37,550 bases of DNA from a bacterium (GCA_038109055.1 JAYNIM010000009.1:1-37550); one strand, 5' to 3'. Shown: positions 1 to 10,136, numbered from the stretch's first letter. Notes: a model not told the origin generated them from the letters alone. Program-made: numbers and translations.

Positions 1-301
<301 letters not shown>

Positions 302-353
302 TCAAAAAATTTAAAAAAAATTAAAACGCACTTTATTAGGCTTGTTATTAAAT

Positions 354-365
354 TCTCAAAGAATA
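354..365 (-). promoter_or_regulatory. boxA-like rRNA antitermination element
   Basis: TATTCTTTGAGA in the 16S leader just downstream of the promoter, resembling boxA TGCTCTTTAACA. Confidence 0.55.
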
Positions 366-384
366 TTCACATCAGTGGCTTTAA

Positions 385-413
385 ATCCTATCTTCTTCTA
401 TCTATATTGTCAA
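385..413 (-). promoter_or_regulatory. sigma70-type rRNA operon promoter
   Basis: TTGACA (413-408), 17 bp spacer, TAGGAT (390-385), ~85 nt upstream of the 16S start. Confidence 0.75.
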
Positions 414-498
414 CCCTAATATCTCTATATTTAAATTCGTTGATTTTATCGGGCATCCCCCACCCATTCTACAACCTCCATTAAGTTGTAAAATGGAC

Positions 499-522
499 AA
501 AAAGAGCGTCTCACGACCCTCT
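499..522 (-). terminator. probable intrinsic terminator downstream of serA
   Basis: AGAGGGTC-GTGA-GACGCTCT hairpin (one G.G mismatch, GNRA loop) followed by TTTT. Confidence 0.5.
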
Positions 523-568
523 GATTCTCTACAGAATATTATTATAATCTATTACTTATACGTTGCGT

Positions 569-1741
569 CTATTTATTGGATTGTGCTATCAGTCTAACTT
601 TATATATGCCTGATTCATTTTTTAATGTCTGACAAATATCTTCTGAATTTGCATCTATATCTACTAATGTGTAAGCTACATCCACCCTACTCTTATTGAT
701 CATTTCTACAATATTAATCTTAGAGTCCCCAAAAACAGATGTAATTTTCTGCACCATTTTTGGAATGTTTTCATGTATAATGGCAACTCTGTAATTTGTG
801 CTTAACTGATGAACACCATTTGGTAAATTGACTGTATTTGTTAAATCGCCGCGTAATAGAAAATCTTTTACTTGTTTGGCTGCCATTACTGCACAATTTA
901 TTTCTGCTTCAGTTGTTGAAGCGCCCAAATGCGGCATGGCAATGACATTCTTGATCCCTTGAAATAATTTGCTGGGAAAATCTGTTACATACTTTCCTAT
1001 TTTATTGTTTTTCAAAGAATATAGTAGTTCTTCTTGATCTACAATTTCTGCTCTTGAAAAATTAAGTACTACCGCAGTTTTTTTTATTAACTCTAATTTT
1101 TCTTTGTCTATAAACTTTCTTGTTTCCTCATTTAAAGGTAAATGCAACGTAACATAATCTGCATTCTGTAATACGGATGTTATATTTTCTTCTAATACAA
1201 CGTTTCGAGATAAACCCCAGGCATTTTTAACAGAAATAAACGGATCATATCCATGCACATTCATACCTAAGCTTAACGCAGCATTTGCAACTGAAATACC
1301 TATAGCACCTAGTCCAATAATTGCTATATTTTTTCCTTGAATCTCACTTCCCTTGAACTTAGACTTGTTCTTTTCTACAACAGAATTATCTACTGAGTCT
1401 AAGCCTTTTACAAACTCTAGTCCTCCAAGAATATCTCTACTACTTAGCAACAAACCCGCTAACACCAATTCCTTGACTGCATTTGCGTTTGCACCTGGTG
1501 TATTAAATACGGCGATTCCTTTAGACTTGCAGTACTCTACAGGTATATTATTGATACCTGCGCCAGCTCTTGCAATTGCTTTTACAGAATCTGGAATTTC
1601 ATTCTCTTGTAATTTATGGCTTCTTAAAAGAAGTGCGTCAGGGTCTTTTATATCGTCGCCATACTCAAAAAGGTCATCCTCTAAATATTTCAGTCCCTCA
1701 TTTGCAATTTTATTAAATATTTTTACTTTATATTTAGACAT
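569..1741 (-). CDS. serA: D-3-phosphoglycerate dehydrogenase with C-terminal ACT domain
   Basis: ARAGAGINN, NTPGANANAVKEL, GLGAIG NAD motif, PHLGASTTEAE, C-terminal HENIPKMV ACT-like region. Confidence 0.88.
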   Translation of the reverse strand: MSKYKVKIFNKIANEGLKYLEDDLFEYGDDIKDPDALLLRSHKLQENEIPDSVKAIARAGAGINNIPVEYCKSKGIAVFNTPGANANAVKELVLAGLLLSSRDILGGLEFVKGLDSVDNSVVEKNKSKFKGSEIQGKNIAIIGLGAIGISVANAALSLGMNVHGYDPFISVKNAWGLSRNVVLEENITSVLQNADYVTLHLPLNEETRKFIDKEKLELIKKTAVVLNFSRAEIVDQEELLYSLKNNKIGKYVTDFPSKLFQGIKNVIAMPHLGASTTEAEINCAVMAAKQVKDFLLRGDLTNTVNLPNGVHQLSTNYRVAIIHENIPKMVQKITSVFGDSKINIVEMINKSRVDVAYTLVDIDANSEDICQTLKNESGIYKVRLIAQSNK

Positions 1742-1752
1742 GTAAGTGTAAC

Positions 1753-2193
1753 TTATCGTTTTCTGTATTGGAAACCCTTCCTGGCTTTTTTACGGCCATA
1801 TTTTTTTCTTTCTTTTACTCTTGGGTCTCTTGTTAAAAAACCTGCTGCCTTTAACGGTTTTCTATGCTCATCGTTCGCATTTTCTAAGGCTCTAGATATC
1901 CCATGTCTGCTAGCAGATGCTTGACCGACTATTCCACCCCCAGATACTTTCAAAACAATGTCATATTTTTTTTCTAGTCCTAATAATTTCAATGGTTGCA
2001 GGACTATCTCCACTAAGGTTTGACTTTTTAAGTGATCATTCAAGTCTTTGTTATTAATACTAATGATACCCGTTCCTTTAAAAACCCAAGTTCTGACTAT
2101 CGCATTCTTTCTTTTTCCTGTCGCATAAACAGCAGTGTTAGGTACCTTTAACACTTTTGCTTTTACTTTACTTTTTGTTTGCTGAGTAGTCAT
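1753..2193 (-). CDS. rpsI: 30S ribosomal protein S9
   Basis: ATGKRK, GGGIVGQ, LTRDPRVKERKKYG...QYRKR. Confidence 0.98.
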   Translation of the reverse strand: MTTQQTKSKVKAKVLKVPNTAVYATGKRKNAIVRTWVFKGTGIISINNKDLNDHLKSQTLVEIVLQPLKLLGLEKKYDIVLKVSGGGIVGQASASRHGISRALENANDEHRKPLKAAGFLTRDPRVKERKKYGRKKARKGFQYRKR

Positions 2194-2204
2194 TCGCTGT
2201 CTCC

Positions 2205-2648
2205 TTATTGTCTAATTTCCATTGTTTTTGGATTTTGTGCTTCGTGTGGGTGATTAGGGCCAACATATAGCTTCATTTTGGTAGCTAATTTACTCCCATA
2301 TTTATTATGGGGAAGCATTCCTTTAATTGCCTTTCTGAGAATATCTTCTGGCTTTTTTAATTTGAGTTCTTTAAACGTTTTTACTTTCAAATGGCCCGTA
2401 TAACCCGTATGTCTATAATATTTTTTTTGTGTCTCCTTATTCCCTGTGACACGTACTTTTTCTGCATTAATAATGACTACAAAATCGCCAGTATCAACCC
2501 CTGGAGTGTATTCACTGTTACATTTCCCGATTAATCTTTTGGCGGCTTCTGAAGCTACCCTGCCTAATATTTTATCTTCTGCATCAATCAAAACCCAGTT
2601 TGATACTATTCCCTTCTCTTTTGGATAAAAAGTTTCTTGCTTTTTCAT
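2205..2648 (-). CDS. rplM: 50S ribosomal protein L13
   Basis: WVLIDA, LGRVAS, DTGDFVVIINA, HPHEAQNP. Confidence 0.98.
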   Translation of the reverse strand: MKKQETFYPKEKGIVSNWVLIDAEDKILGRVASEAAKRLIGKCNSEYTPGVDTGDFVVIINAEKVRVTGNKETQKKYYRHTGYTGHLKVKTFKELKLKKPEDILRKAIKGMLPHNKYGSKLATKMKLYVGPNHPHEAQNPKTMEIRQ

Positions 2649-2659
2649 ATAGAGTCTCC

Positions 2660-3442
2660 TTAATATTTAACCTTAACTAGGCAAAGGCCCTTTGCTTCTG
2701 CTGCATTGTAAATAATTTTTTTTCCATGTTTATTGTATAAAAATAATTCAAATTCATTAATTGTATATTTTCCTTTTAAAACCTCTAACATGGCTCCCAT
2801 TAAATTTCTAACCATTCTATACAGAAAACTATTCGCTTCTATGGTTAGGCTATAATAATGCCCTAAATTTTCCATTTCGTAAAGGGATTGAAACATCTTT
2901 TTTTCAAATTTAACAGTAAATATAACTCTACGAGTACTCTTTTCGTTTGATCCTAGTTTTCTAAAATTACAAAAATCGTGTTCTCCCACTAATACTTTTT
3001 CTAACTGATCGAACATGCTTTCATTCGGTTGAAATGTAATTTTTTTTATAAAAGGCTGATACTCAAACGGAATCTCATTGTTTGTAAATAAATATTGATA
3101 TACTCTACTTGAGGCAGATCGCCTAGCATTAAATGCATTGTTTTCCTTTTTAACTTTATAAATATATATATCATCTGGCAGTACATTATTTAATGCACGT
3201 TTGATATTATCCTCAGGAATATTTAAACTAGAATCAAAATGTAAATATTGTGATATTGCATGTACACCTGCATCAGTTCTTCCAGAAAAATGCACCTGTT
3301 TTACATCAGAAAACAATTTATAAAGACTATGTTTAACTACAGTCTGAATTGTACGTTGATTTTTTTGCTCCTGAGACCCTGCAAATTTAAAGCCGTTATA
3401 CGCAATTTTTAGGCAATATCTGTTTTTAACTAACAAACTCAA
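2660..3442 (-). CDS. truA: tRNA pseudouridine(38-40) synthase (TTG start, exact start uncertain)
   Basis: SGRTDAGVHA catalytic motif, GEHDF, FLYRMVRNLMG; lies between rplQ and rplM. Confidence 0.96.
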   Translation of the reverse strand: MSLLVKNRYCLKIAYNGFKFAGSQEQKNQRTIQTVVKHSLYKLFSDVKQVHFSGRTDAGVHAISQYLHFDSSLNIPEDNIKRALNNVLPDDIYIYKVKKENNAFNARRSASSRVYQYLFTNNEIPFEYQPFIKKITFQPNESMFDQLEKVLVGEHDFCNFRKLGSNEKSTRRVIFTVKFEKKMFQSLYEMENLGHYYSLTIEANSFLYRMVRNLMGAMLEVLKGKYTINEFELFLYNKHGKKIIYNAAEAKGLCLVKVKY

Positions 3443-3779
3443 GAACAGAAACTAAAGCGCCATCCCCTTTACGATACCCCTTCTTTATTATTCTTGTGTA
3501 ACCACCATTCCGCTTTTCAAATTTTTTGCCATAATCATTAAATATTTTTTTAACGAGTTCTCTATCTTGAACTAATGCTTGGACTTTTCTCTTATTTGGC
3601 AATGCATTACTTTTAGCGCAAGTAATTAATTTTTCAACAAAACGTTTAACTTCTTTTGCTCGAGTGTCAGTTGTTTCAATTTTATTATATGTAAACAAAG
3701 CCTTGGCCAAAGATTTTAAAAGAGCTAATCTCTGATCAGTAGGTTTACCTAATTTTTTTATACCTTTTCTATGTCTCAC
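3426..3779 (-). CDS. rplQ: 50S ribosomal protein L17
   Basis: MRHRK, IETTDTRAKE, RNGGYTRIIK. Confidence 0.98.
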   Translation of the reverse strand: MRHRKGIKKLGKPTDQRLALLKSLAKALFTYNKIETTDTRAKEVKRFVEKLITCAKSNALPNKRKVQALVQDRELVKKIFNDYGKKFEKRNGGYTRIIKKGYRKGDGALVSVLEFVS

Positions 3780-4702
3780 GGCTGTATTGTTACTCCAAAT
3801 TGCTTAATTTTATCTTTCACTTCTTCTTTACATTTAATTCCAAAGTTCTTAATTTCTTCTAAGTCTGACCACTTTGTTTCTATTAATTGCTTTAGTTTTA
3901 CTATCTTAGCTCTTTTTAGAGCATTAGCTGTTCTTGCAGAAAAATCTAGATCATCTATATCTATGTCAAGAAAACTTTCTTTTTTCTTTTTATCTTCTTC
4001 TAACTTAATTTCATCAGCAGGATTGTTATTAAATTCTTTAAATGACTCAATACGTTGCTTTAATATCTCTGCTGCATACTGGACAGACTCATCTGGGGTT
4101 GAGCTCCCATTTACCCAAACCTCTAGGAGTAAACTATCATAATCTAATGATTTCCCGACACGGGTTTTTGTAACAGTATGATTAATTCTTTGCACAGGAG
4201 AGAAATTTGCGTCTATGAAAATAGTTTCAAGGGGTTTATCTTTTTTGTAGCTCACTTCAGATGGCTGGTACCCAATACCATATTCAACATTAATATTAAA
4301 TTTAAGCTTCGCGCCGTCTTGGCAAGTCATAATATGATGATCTGGGTTAATCACTTGAAAAGATGTGCCTTTAAATAAATCTTTTGCAGTAATTGTTTTC
4401 TTTCCATTGAATTCACAGGAAACTTCTTCAGAGTCTTTCCCTTCCTTTCTAAGGATAACTCCTTTTAGGTTTGCTATAACTTCAATAACATCCTCTTGTA
4501 CATTATCAATCGTTGTAAACTCATGTTTGACATTTTCTACCCATAAACTCGTTATTGAGAATCCTCCCAAGGCTGACAACAAAACCCGTCGTAACGCATT
4601 ACCTATTGTTTCTCCCATTCCTCTTTCTAATGGCTCAAATACAAACTTGCCGTAATTATTACTAATCTTATCGTATTTCACCCATGGCTTTATGTTTTCC
4701 AC
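3776..4702 (-). CDS. rpoA: RNA polymerase alpha subunit (GTG start)
   Basis: EPLERGMGETIGNALRRVLL, HEF, IDANFSPV, alpha-CTD; AAGGAG SD. Confidence 0.98.
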   Translation of the reverse strand: MENIKPWVKYDKISNNYGKFVFEPLERGMGETIGNALRRVLLSALGGFSITSLWVENVKHEFTTIDNVQEDVIEVIANLKGVILRKEGKDSEEVSCEFNGKKTITAKDLFKGTSFQVINPDHHIMTCQDGAKLKFNINVEYGIGYQPSEVSYKKDKPLETIFIDANFSPVQRINHTVTKTRVGKSLDYDSLLLEVWVNGSSTPDESVQYAAEILKQRIESFKEFNNNPADEIKLEEDKKKKESFLDIDIDDLDFSARTANALKRAKIVKLKQLIETKWSDLEEIKNFGIKCKEEVKDKIKQFGVTIQP

Positions 4703-4713
4703 AATCTTACTCC

Positions 4714-5091
4714 TTAAACCCTTCTCTTTTTTTTTGGCCGGCAGCCGTTATGTGGTACCGGTGTTTTATCGATAATATCTTCAATTTCTAAACCAACTGA
4801 TTGCAAGGCTCTTATTGCAGTTTCTCTTCCAGCGCCAGGCCCTTTAACAATTACATTTACTGATTTTAACCCAAATTCTCTTACCGCTTTTTCTGCCGCA
4901 CTCTGACTTGCTAATTGTGAAGCATATGGTGTTCCTTTTTTTGTACCCTTAAAGCCAACTTCGCCGGCTGATGCACTAGATATGACGTTTCCATGTTCAT
5001 CTGTTATTGAAATGATACTGTTATTGAATGTTGAATTAATATAAACATTACCTTTAACAATATGTTTTTTTTGCTTTTTCTTTTTTACCAA
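4714..5091 (-). CDS. rpsK: 30S ribosomal protein S11 (TTG start)
   Basis: [31 protein letters not shown]. Confidence 0.98.
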   Translation of the reverse strand: MVKKKKQKKHIVKGNVYINSTFNNSIISITDEHGNVISSASAGEVGFKGTKKGTPYASQLASQSAAEKAVREFGLKSVNVIVKGPGAGRETAIRALQSVGLEIEDIIDKTPVPHNGCRPKKKRRV

Positions 5092-5111
5092 CTCTTAACT
5101 CCTAGACTACC

Positions 5112-5486
5112 TTATTTCGTTACCTTTTTCTTACCTGCAACTGCGATTTTTTTACCCCTTTTTGTTCTAGCATTAGTGTGCGTTCTTTGTCCACGGCAAG
5201 GAAGATTCCTCTTGTGTCGTTGTCCCTTATAACAGCCAATATCTTTCAATCTTTTAATATCTTGGCGAACTTTCCTTAATAAATCGCCCTCCACCAAAAT
5301 CTTTGATACCTCTTGTCTTATTTTGACTATCTGATCTTCTTCTAGGTCTCTTACTTTTGTACTGAAGTCAATCTTAAGAGCGCTAAGGATATCTTCTGAA
5401 GTCTTTACCCCTATCCCTTTAATGTAAGTTAACGCAATACTTACTTGTTTATCTTTTGGTAACTCTATTCCTGAAATTCTTGCCAT
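5112..5486 (-). CDS. rpsM: 30S ribosomal protein S13
   Basis: MARISG, ALTYIKGIG, RGQRTHTNARTKRG. Confidence 0.98.
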   Translation of the reverse strand: MARISGIELPKDKQVSIALTYIKGIGVKTSEDILSALKIDFSTKVRDLEEDQIVKIRQEVSKILVEGDLLRKVRQDIKRLKDIGCYKGQRHKRNLPCRGQRTHTNARTKRGKKIAVAGKKKVTK

Positions 5487-5494
5487 AATCTCTC

Positions 5495-5611
5495 CTAAGC
5501 CTGTTTTTGCTTATGTTTAGGGTTTACCTTACATAACACCCAAATCCTTCCTTTTCTTTTTATTATTCTGCAATGTTCACACATTGCTTTTACTGAGGCT
5601 CTTACTTTCAT
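5495..5611 (-). CDS. rpmJ: 50S ribosomal protein L36, zinc-ribbon form (38 aa, absent from the ORF track)
   Basis: Hand translation [38 protein letters not shown]; lies between infA and rpsM. Confidence 0.97.
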   Translation of the reverse strand: MKVRASVKAMCEHCRIIKRKGRIWVLCKVNPKHKQKQA

Positions 5612-5612
5612 A

Positions 5613-5834
5613 TTATTTCTCTCTATATATTATTCTTCCTTTAGATAAATCATAAGGTGATAATTCTACTTTTACCTTATCACCCATTAATATTTTAATA
5701 TAATTCTTCCTCATTTTTCCTGATATATGAGCTATTATCTTTTGCCCTGTCTCAAGCTCAACTATAAACTGAACATTTGGTAATGCTTCTAGTATTCTCC
5801 CTGCAACTTCAATTGTATTTTTTTTGTTAACCAT
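5613..5834 (-). CDS. infA: translation initiation factor IF-1
   Basis: [42 protein letters not shown]. Confidence 0.98.
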   Translation of the reverse strand: MVNKKNTIEVAGRILEALPNVQFIVELETGQKIIAHISGKMRKNYIKILMGDKVKVELSPYDLSKGRIIYREK

Positions 5835-5851
5835 TTCCTTTAAGGTAGTAA

Positions 5852-5880
5852 ATTGTACATTATTTTTTTTTATTTGTTAA
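5852..5880 (-). promoter_or_regulatory. putative internal sigma70 promoter for infA-rpmJ-alpha genes
   Basis: TTAACA (5880-5875), 17 bp spacer, TACAAT (5857-5852) in the 50 bp adk-infA gap. Confidence 0.55.
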
Positions 5881-5884
5881 GCAT

Positions 5885-6442
5885 TTATTTACATAAATAC
5901 TTTACTATCTGTTCATTGACTTTTTCTACGCTAGTTTCAGCATTAATTTCAACTAAATCAGTATAATATTTCTTGAGTTCTCTTAGGTGCTTCAGATATA
6001 GATTATATCTATTTTGAAATACATCGCTGTTATCATCTTGACGATGTTCTTCTTTGGCACGCTTAGATAGTCTATCTGTTAAAACATTTTTATCCGCAAC
6101 TAACACAAAAACTTTACGATTAGTCTCTTTAAAAAAGCCTAATCTTTCAAACGTTTCTGCCTGAGTAACAGTTCTTGGGAAACCATCTGCAATTAACCCT
6201 TTTTTAAAATTTATGCTTTTCAATTTATTCATTAGTAATTCCACTAATATATTATCAGGTATTAAATTACCCGCGTTAATGATGTCTTCTAAAAAAGTAC
6301 TTAATGTTGTATTTTTTTTAATTACGTCTCTAATTAACTCACCCGTAGAAATTCTTGGTATAGACATACGTTGCGATAATAATCGAGATTGAACTCCTTT
6401 CCCAGAAGCAGGAGGTCCTAATAAGACAATATGGCTAGACAT
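5885..6442 (-). CDS. adk: adenylate kinase, short-LID type
   Basis: GPPASGKG P-loop, ISTGELIR, DGFPRT, RQDD; follows secY. Confidence 0.95.
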   Translation of the reverse strand: MSSHIVLLGPPASGKGVQSRLLSQRMSIPRISTGELIRDVIKKNTTLSTFLEDIINAGNLIPDNILVELLMNKLKSINFKKGLIADGFPRTVTQAETFERLGFFKETNRKVFVLVADKNVLTDRLSKRAKEEHRQDDNSDVFQNRYNLYLKHLRELKKYYTDLVEINAETSVEKVNEQIVKYLCK

Positions 6443-7701
6443 TATATCATTCCTTCGTAGCGTTTACTTATAAGGTATGTCTCAATTTGACGGACTAAAT
6501 CAATCGCAACCCCTACAATAATTAACAACGCAGTTCCCCCAATTCCCATAAAACTTGTTACTTTTGTTAGATTCGCTGCTATAACAGGAACTAATGCGAA
6601 TAAAGATAGGAAAACAGCCCCAAATAAAGTTAGCTTTGTAATTATTCTTTCTAAATGTAACTCTGTTGATTTCCCTGGTCTTATCCCCATTATAAACCCA
6701 CCATGCTTTTTTATATTTTCAGATAAATCCTTGGGGTTAAAGGTGATAGCAGTATAAAAATAAGTAAAGAAGAAGATTAATATACAAAATAATAAATTAT
6801 AAACAACCCCATCATAACGATAGTATTCTGAAAAAAAATCTTGAATCATCGGTACTTTCACATATTGAAAAAACATCAACGGAAACTGTAAAAGCGCAGA
6901 GGCAAATATAATGGGCATGACGCCACCTTGTATTAATCTAAAAGGAATAAAAGTATTTTGCGCGCCATACATTTTTCTACCTACTACTTTTCGAGCGTAC
7001 TGTACAGGTATTTTCCTTTCCGCCTCTTGAACATATACAATGCTGACAATCATAGCTAAAAATACACCTACTAATAGTAATACCTGTAAAATACTAGTAC
7101 CCCCTTGTACTAAAATTACCGTATTTTTAATATATAAAGGAAGTTCAGAGATAATTCCAATGAATATTAAGACAGACGCACCATTACCAATTCCATTTTC
7201 CGTAATTAATTCTCCAAGCCACATTACAATTGCAGCCCCAGCTACTAAACCAAGAACTGAATAAACCATGAAAAAACCGAAATTAATTTCCGGTTTAACA
7301 AATTGACTAAAACCTAAAGTCATTACAATGCTTTGCACAAATGATAAAGCTATCGCCAAATAGCGTGTATACTGGGATATTTGCTTTCTTCCAGAATCGC
7401 CTTCTTCAGCTAATTCTTTAATTTTGGGCCATATTACTGTAACTAATTGCATAATTATAGATGCATTAATATAAGGTAATATTCCTAGGGCAAAAATTGA
7501 AAAACGACTTAAGCCCCCTCCCGAAAATAAGTTAAAAAAACCTAGGATACCATTTTGACTGAAAAGAGCCTGAATAGCATCTATATCAACACCTGATATA
7601 GGTACAAATCCACCTAAACGATAAAGAGCAATAATTATAAAAACGTAAGAAATTCTTTTTTTTAGCTCTGGAATGCTAAAAATAGAGGTTAAAAAGTTCA
7701 T
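6442..7701 (-). CDS. secY: preprotein translocase SecY
   Basis: SIFALGILPYINASII, WLGELITENGIGNG, GVMPIIFA, GIRPG, GGTALLIIVGV. Confidence 0.99.
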   Translation of the reverse strand: MNFLTSIFSIPELKKRISYVFIIIALYRLGGFVPISGVDIDAIQALFSQNGILGFFNLFSGGGLSRFSIFALGILPYINASIIMQLVTVIWPKIKELAEEGDSGRKQISQYTRYLAIALSFVQSIVMTLGFSQFVKPEINFGFFMVYSVLGLVAGAAIVMWLGELITENGIGNGASVLIFIGIISELPLYIKNTVILVQGGTSILQVLLLVGVFLAMIVSIVYVQEAERKIPVQYARKVVGRKMYGAQNTFIPFRLIQGGVMPIIFASALLQFPLMFFQYVKVPMIQDFFSEYYRYDGVVYNLLFCILIFFFTYFYTAITFNPKDLSENIKKHGGFIMGIRPGKSTELHLERIITKLTLFGAVFLSLFALVPVIAANLTKVTSFMGIGGTALLIIVGVAIDLVRQIETYLISKRYEGMI

Positions 7702-8147
7702 TAAAGTAAATTTTCAGTGGACGACTTAGATGCCTCAATTTTGGACATAGCCGATTTTGAAAAAGCATGGGCTTTAATAGTCAATTTAGAAGAAAAATCT
7801 CCGAATCCTAATATCTTATATTTATCATTTCTTTTAATTATACCTTTCTTCAAGAGGGCTTCAGGCTCAACACTTTCACCATCTACAAATAATTTACTGA
7901 TTATTCCTAAATTTATGGGCACATACTCTATCTTGAAAGGATTTCTAAATCCTCTTTTTTTGGGTATTCTTCGATATAAAGGCATTTGTCCTCCCTCAAA
8001 GCCAAATCTTCTTTTATAGCCTGATCTACTTTTTTGACCTTTGTGACCTCTACCACATTCACCGCCTAAGCCAGAAGCATTCCCTCTGCCTACTCTTTTT
8101 CTTTTTTTTCTGGATCTTTTAACAAAATCTAATGCTGTTATTGTCAT
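7701..8147 (-). CDS. rplO: 50S ribosomal protein L15
   Basis: RVGRG, GRGHKGQKSRSG, GFEGGQMPLYRRIPK. Confidence 0.98.
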   Translation of the reverse strand: MTITALDFVKRSRKKRKRVGRGNASGLGGECGRGHKGQKSRSGYKRRFGFEGGQMPLYRRIPKKRGFRNPFKIEYVPINLGIISKLFVDGESVEPEALLKKGIIKRNDKYKILGFGDFSSKLTIKAHAFSKSAMSKIEASKSSTENLL

Positions 8148-8692
8148 GTCTGCCTCTGTTTTTTTAAAAATACAGGGATCTGAACTCCACGTAAAGACTC
8201 AACTTGTTTAACATCTAATAACTGAGTTAACCCTGCCATTGTTGCCTTAGCAACATTAATTTTATTTCTCGCACCATGTATTTTGGCCACTATATTTTTT
8301 ATTCCTACAGCCTCAAATATTACCTTAGCAGAACTCCCCGCAATAATACCTGTTCCTTCCCCTGCAGGCTTCATAATTACCTTGGTGCTAGCAAATTTAC
8401 CTATTATTGGATGAGGAAGAGTCGTATCTACAACATTAATGTTAATAAGAGATTTGTGTGCTTTTTCTATCGCTTTCTTTATTGCTTTAGGGACTTCTCT
8501 AGCCTTGCCTAATCCATATGACACATTTCCATTTTTATCTCCAACAACAACAAAAGCTCTAAAAGCAAGTCTTTTTCCTCCCTTAACAACTTTTGTTACA
8601 CGGTCTATTTTAAGAACTTTTTCAAGTGTATCACTTGAATCTTCATTTTTATAATTATTATTATTATTATTTTGTCTTTTTGCTTGGTTCAT
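8144..8692 (-). CDS. rpsE: 30S ribosomal protein S5
   Basis: [34 protein letters not shown]. Confidence 0.98.
   Translation of the reverse strand: MNQAKRQNNNNNNYKNEDSSDTLEKVLKIDRVTKVVKGGKRLAFRAFVVVGDKNGNVSYGLGKAREVPKAIKKAIEKAHKSLININVVDTTLPHPIIGKFASTKVIMKPAGEGTGIIAGSSAKVIFEAVGIKNIVAKIHGARNKINVAKATMAGLTQLLDVKQVESLRGVQIPVFLKKQRQT
8654..8671 (-). repeat. (AAT)6 trinucleotide repeat encoding six Asn in the S5 N-terminus
   Basis: Plus strand ATTATTATTATTATTATT. Confidence 0.85.
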
Positions 8693-8701
8693 TTTAATTC
8701 C

Positions 8702-9010
8702 TTAAAAAAGCATCCCGTTTTTTCTTAGCTGCTCTATAAATGCTTTGATTCTTCCTTTATATAAATACTTACCTCTGTCAAAGATGACTCTTTTAATATT
8801 TTTTTCATTTGCTTTCTTTGCTAAAATATCAGCTGTTTTGATTGAGGCTTCAACACCAGTCTGATCTAATTTATAAGTCGAAGCTGAAATTACTGTATTC
8901 CCAGCATCATCATCAATTAATTGGGCATACATATTCCTGTTGCTTCTATGTATTCTTAATCTCAATCTATCTTTTGTACCCTTAATTGTTTTTTTTCTTA
9001 ATTTTTTCAC
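8702..9010 (-). CDS. rplR: 50S ribosomal protein L18 (GTG start, short N-terminus)
   Basis: RSNRNMYAQLIDD, FDRGKYLYKGRIKA. Confidence 0.95.
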   Translation of the reverse strand: MKKLRKKTIKGTKDRLRLRIHRSNRNMYAQLIDDDAGNTVISASTYKLDQTGVEASIKTADILAKKANEKNIKRVIFDRGKYLYKGRIKAFIEQLRKNGMLF

Positions 9011-9537
9011 TATTTCTTCCCTTGTTTCTTCCTTCTTTTTGAACCAACTACAAAGATACCTTTTCCTTTATAGGGATCAGGCTTTCGCAATAGACATATT
9101 CTTTTTGCAACTTGACCAACTTTCTGTTTATCAATGCCACTGATAGTAAGTTTATTACCTTTAACAATAATTTTTATTCCTTCTGTTTCATTAAAAATAA
9201 TTGGATGTGAATAACCCAACTGAAACTCAATATCATTACCCTTTTGTAAAGCTCTGTAGCCAATTCCGACTAATTCCAGTTCTATATGATACCCCTTAGT
9301 CACTCCATAGACCATATTATTTATTAGAGATCTATAAAGTCCCCATTTTGCTCGAGTACTCTTATCAGTACTTTTTGCATTTACTTTAATACAATTATTA
9401 GAATAATCAATATTAATATCTCTATCTAATTCTAATGTTAATCTTCCCAAAGAACCTGTAATTGTTAATTCTTGGGATTTTATATCAACTGTAGTTGACT
9501 CATCAATATCTATTACTTTCTTTCCTATTTTTGACAT
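9010..9537 (-). CDS. rplF: 50S ribosomal protein L6
   Basis: MSKIGK, LVGIGYRA, LGYSHP, RKPDPYKGKGI. Confidence 0.98.
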   Translation of the reverse strand: MSKIGKKVIDIDESTTVDIKSQELTITGSLGRLTLELDRDINIDYSNNCIKVNAKSTDKSTRAKWGLYRSLINNMVYGVTKGYHIELELVGIGYRALQKGNDIEFQLGYSHPIIFNETEGIKIIVKGNKLTISGIDKQKVGQVAKRICLLRKPDPYKGKGIFVVGSKRRKKQGKK

Positions 9538-9543
9538 ATTAAA

Positions 9544-9936
9544 TTACCACACTTGGAATAATAACTCTCCACCTATATTAGCTAATCTCGCATTCCTACC
9601 TGTCAACAACCCTTTTGGAGTTGAGAGAACACAAATGCCAAATCCATTCATGACTTTTGGAATATATCTCTTCTTAACATATCTTCTTTTACTTTGTTTG
9701 CTAATCTGTGTAATTTCATGAATAACACTTTGATTGTCCGGACCATATTTCAAATGTATTTTCAATCTTTTTTTTATAGAATCAGTATTGTCTATATCAT
9801 AATCTACAATAAAGCCCTCTGATTTTAATATTTTAAGTATTTCTAATTTAATACTTGACATAGGAGCTGTTACACATGATTTAGTCTCTCTCACTCCATT
9901 TCTAATGATTGTTAAAAAATCTGCAATTGTATCCAT
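9544..9936 (-). CDS. rpsH: 30S ribosomal protein S8
   Basis: DTIADFLTIIRN, LSTPKG, GGELL. Confidence 0.97.
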   Translation of the reverse strand: MDTIADFLTIIRNGVRETKSCVTAPMSSIKLEILKILKSEGFIVDYDIDNTDSIKKRLKIHLKYGPDNQSVIHEITQISKQSKRRYVKKRYIPKVMNGFGICVLSTPKGLLTGRNARLANIGGELLFQVW

Positions 9937-9950
9937 ATTAATTCCTCAAA

Positions 9951-10136
9951 TTACCAAGATGATTTAGTAACACCTGGCAAATAACCTTCTCCTGCAAGAT
10001 TTCTAAAACAAATTCTACATATTCCGAAAAATCTTATATATCCTCGTGGTCTTGAACAAATACCACATCTATTTACGTGCTGTATCTTTTTAGTTTTTTT
10101 TCTTAAATTTTTTACTACCATTGATTTTTTTGCCAT
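9951..10136 (-). CDS. rpsN: 30S ribosomal protein S14, short zinc-binding type
   Basis: 61 aa, CGIC...[13 protein letters not shown]. Confidence 0.97.
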   Translation of the reverse strand: MAKKSMVVKNLRKKTKKIQHVNRCGICSRPRGYIRFFGICRICFRNLAGEGYLPGVTKSSW

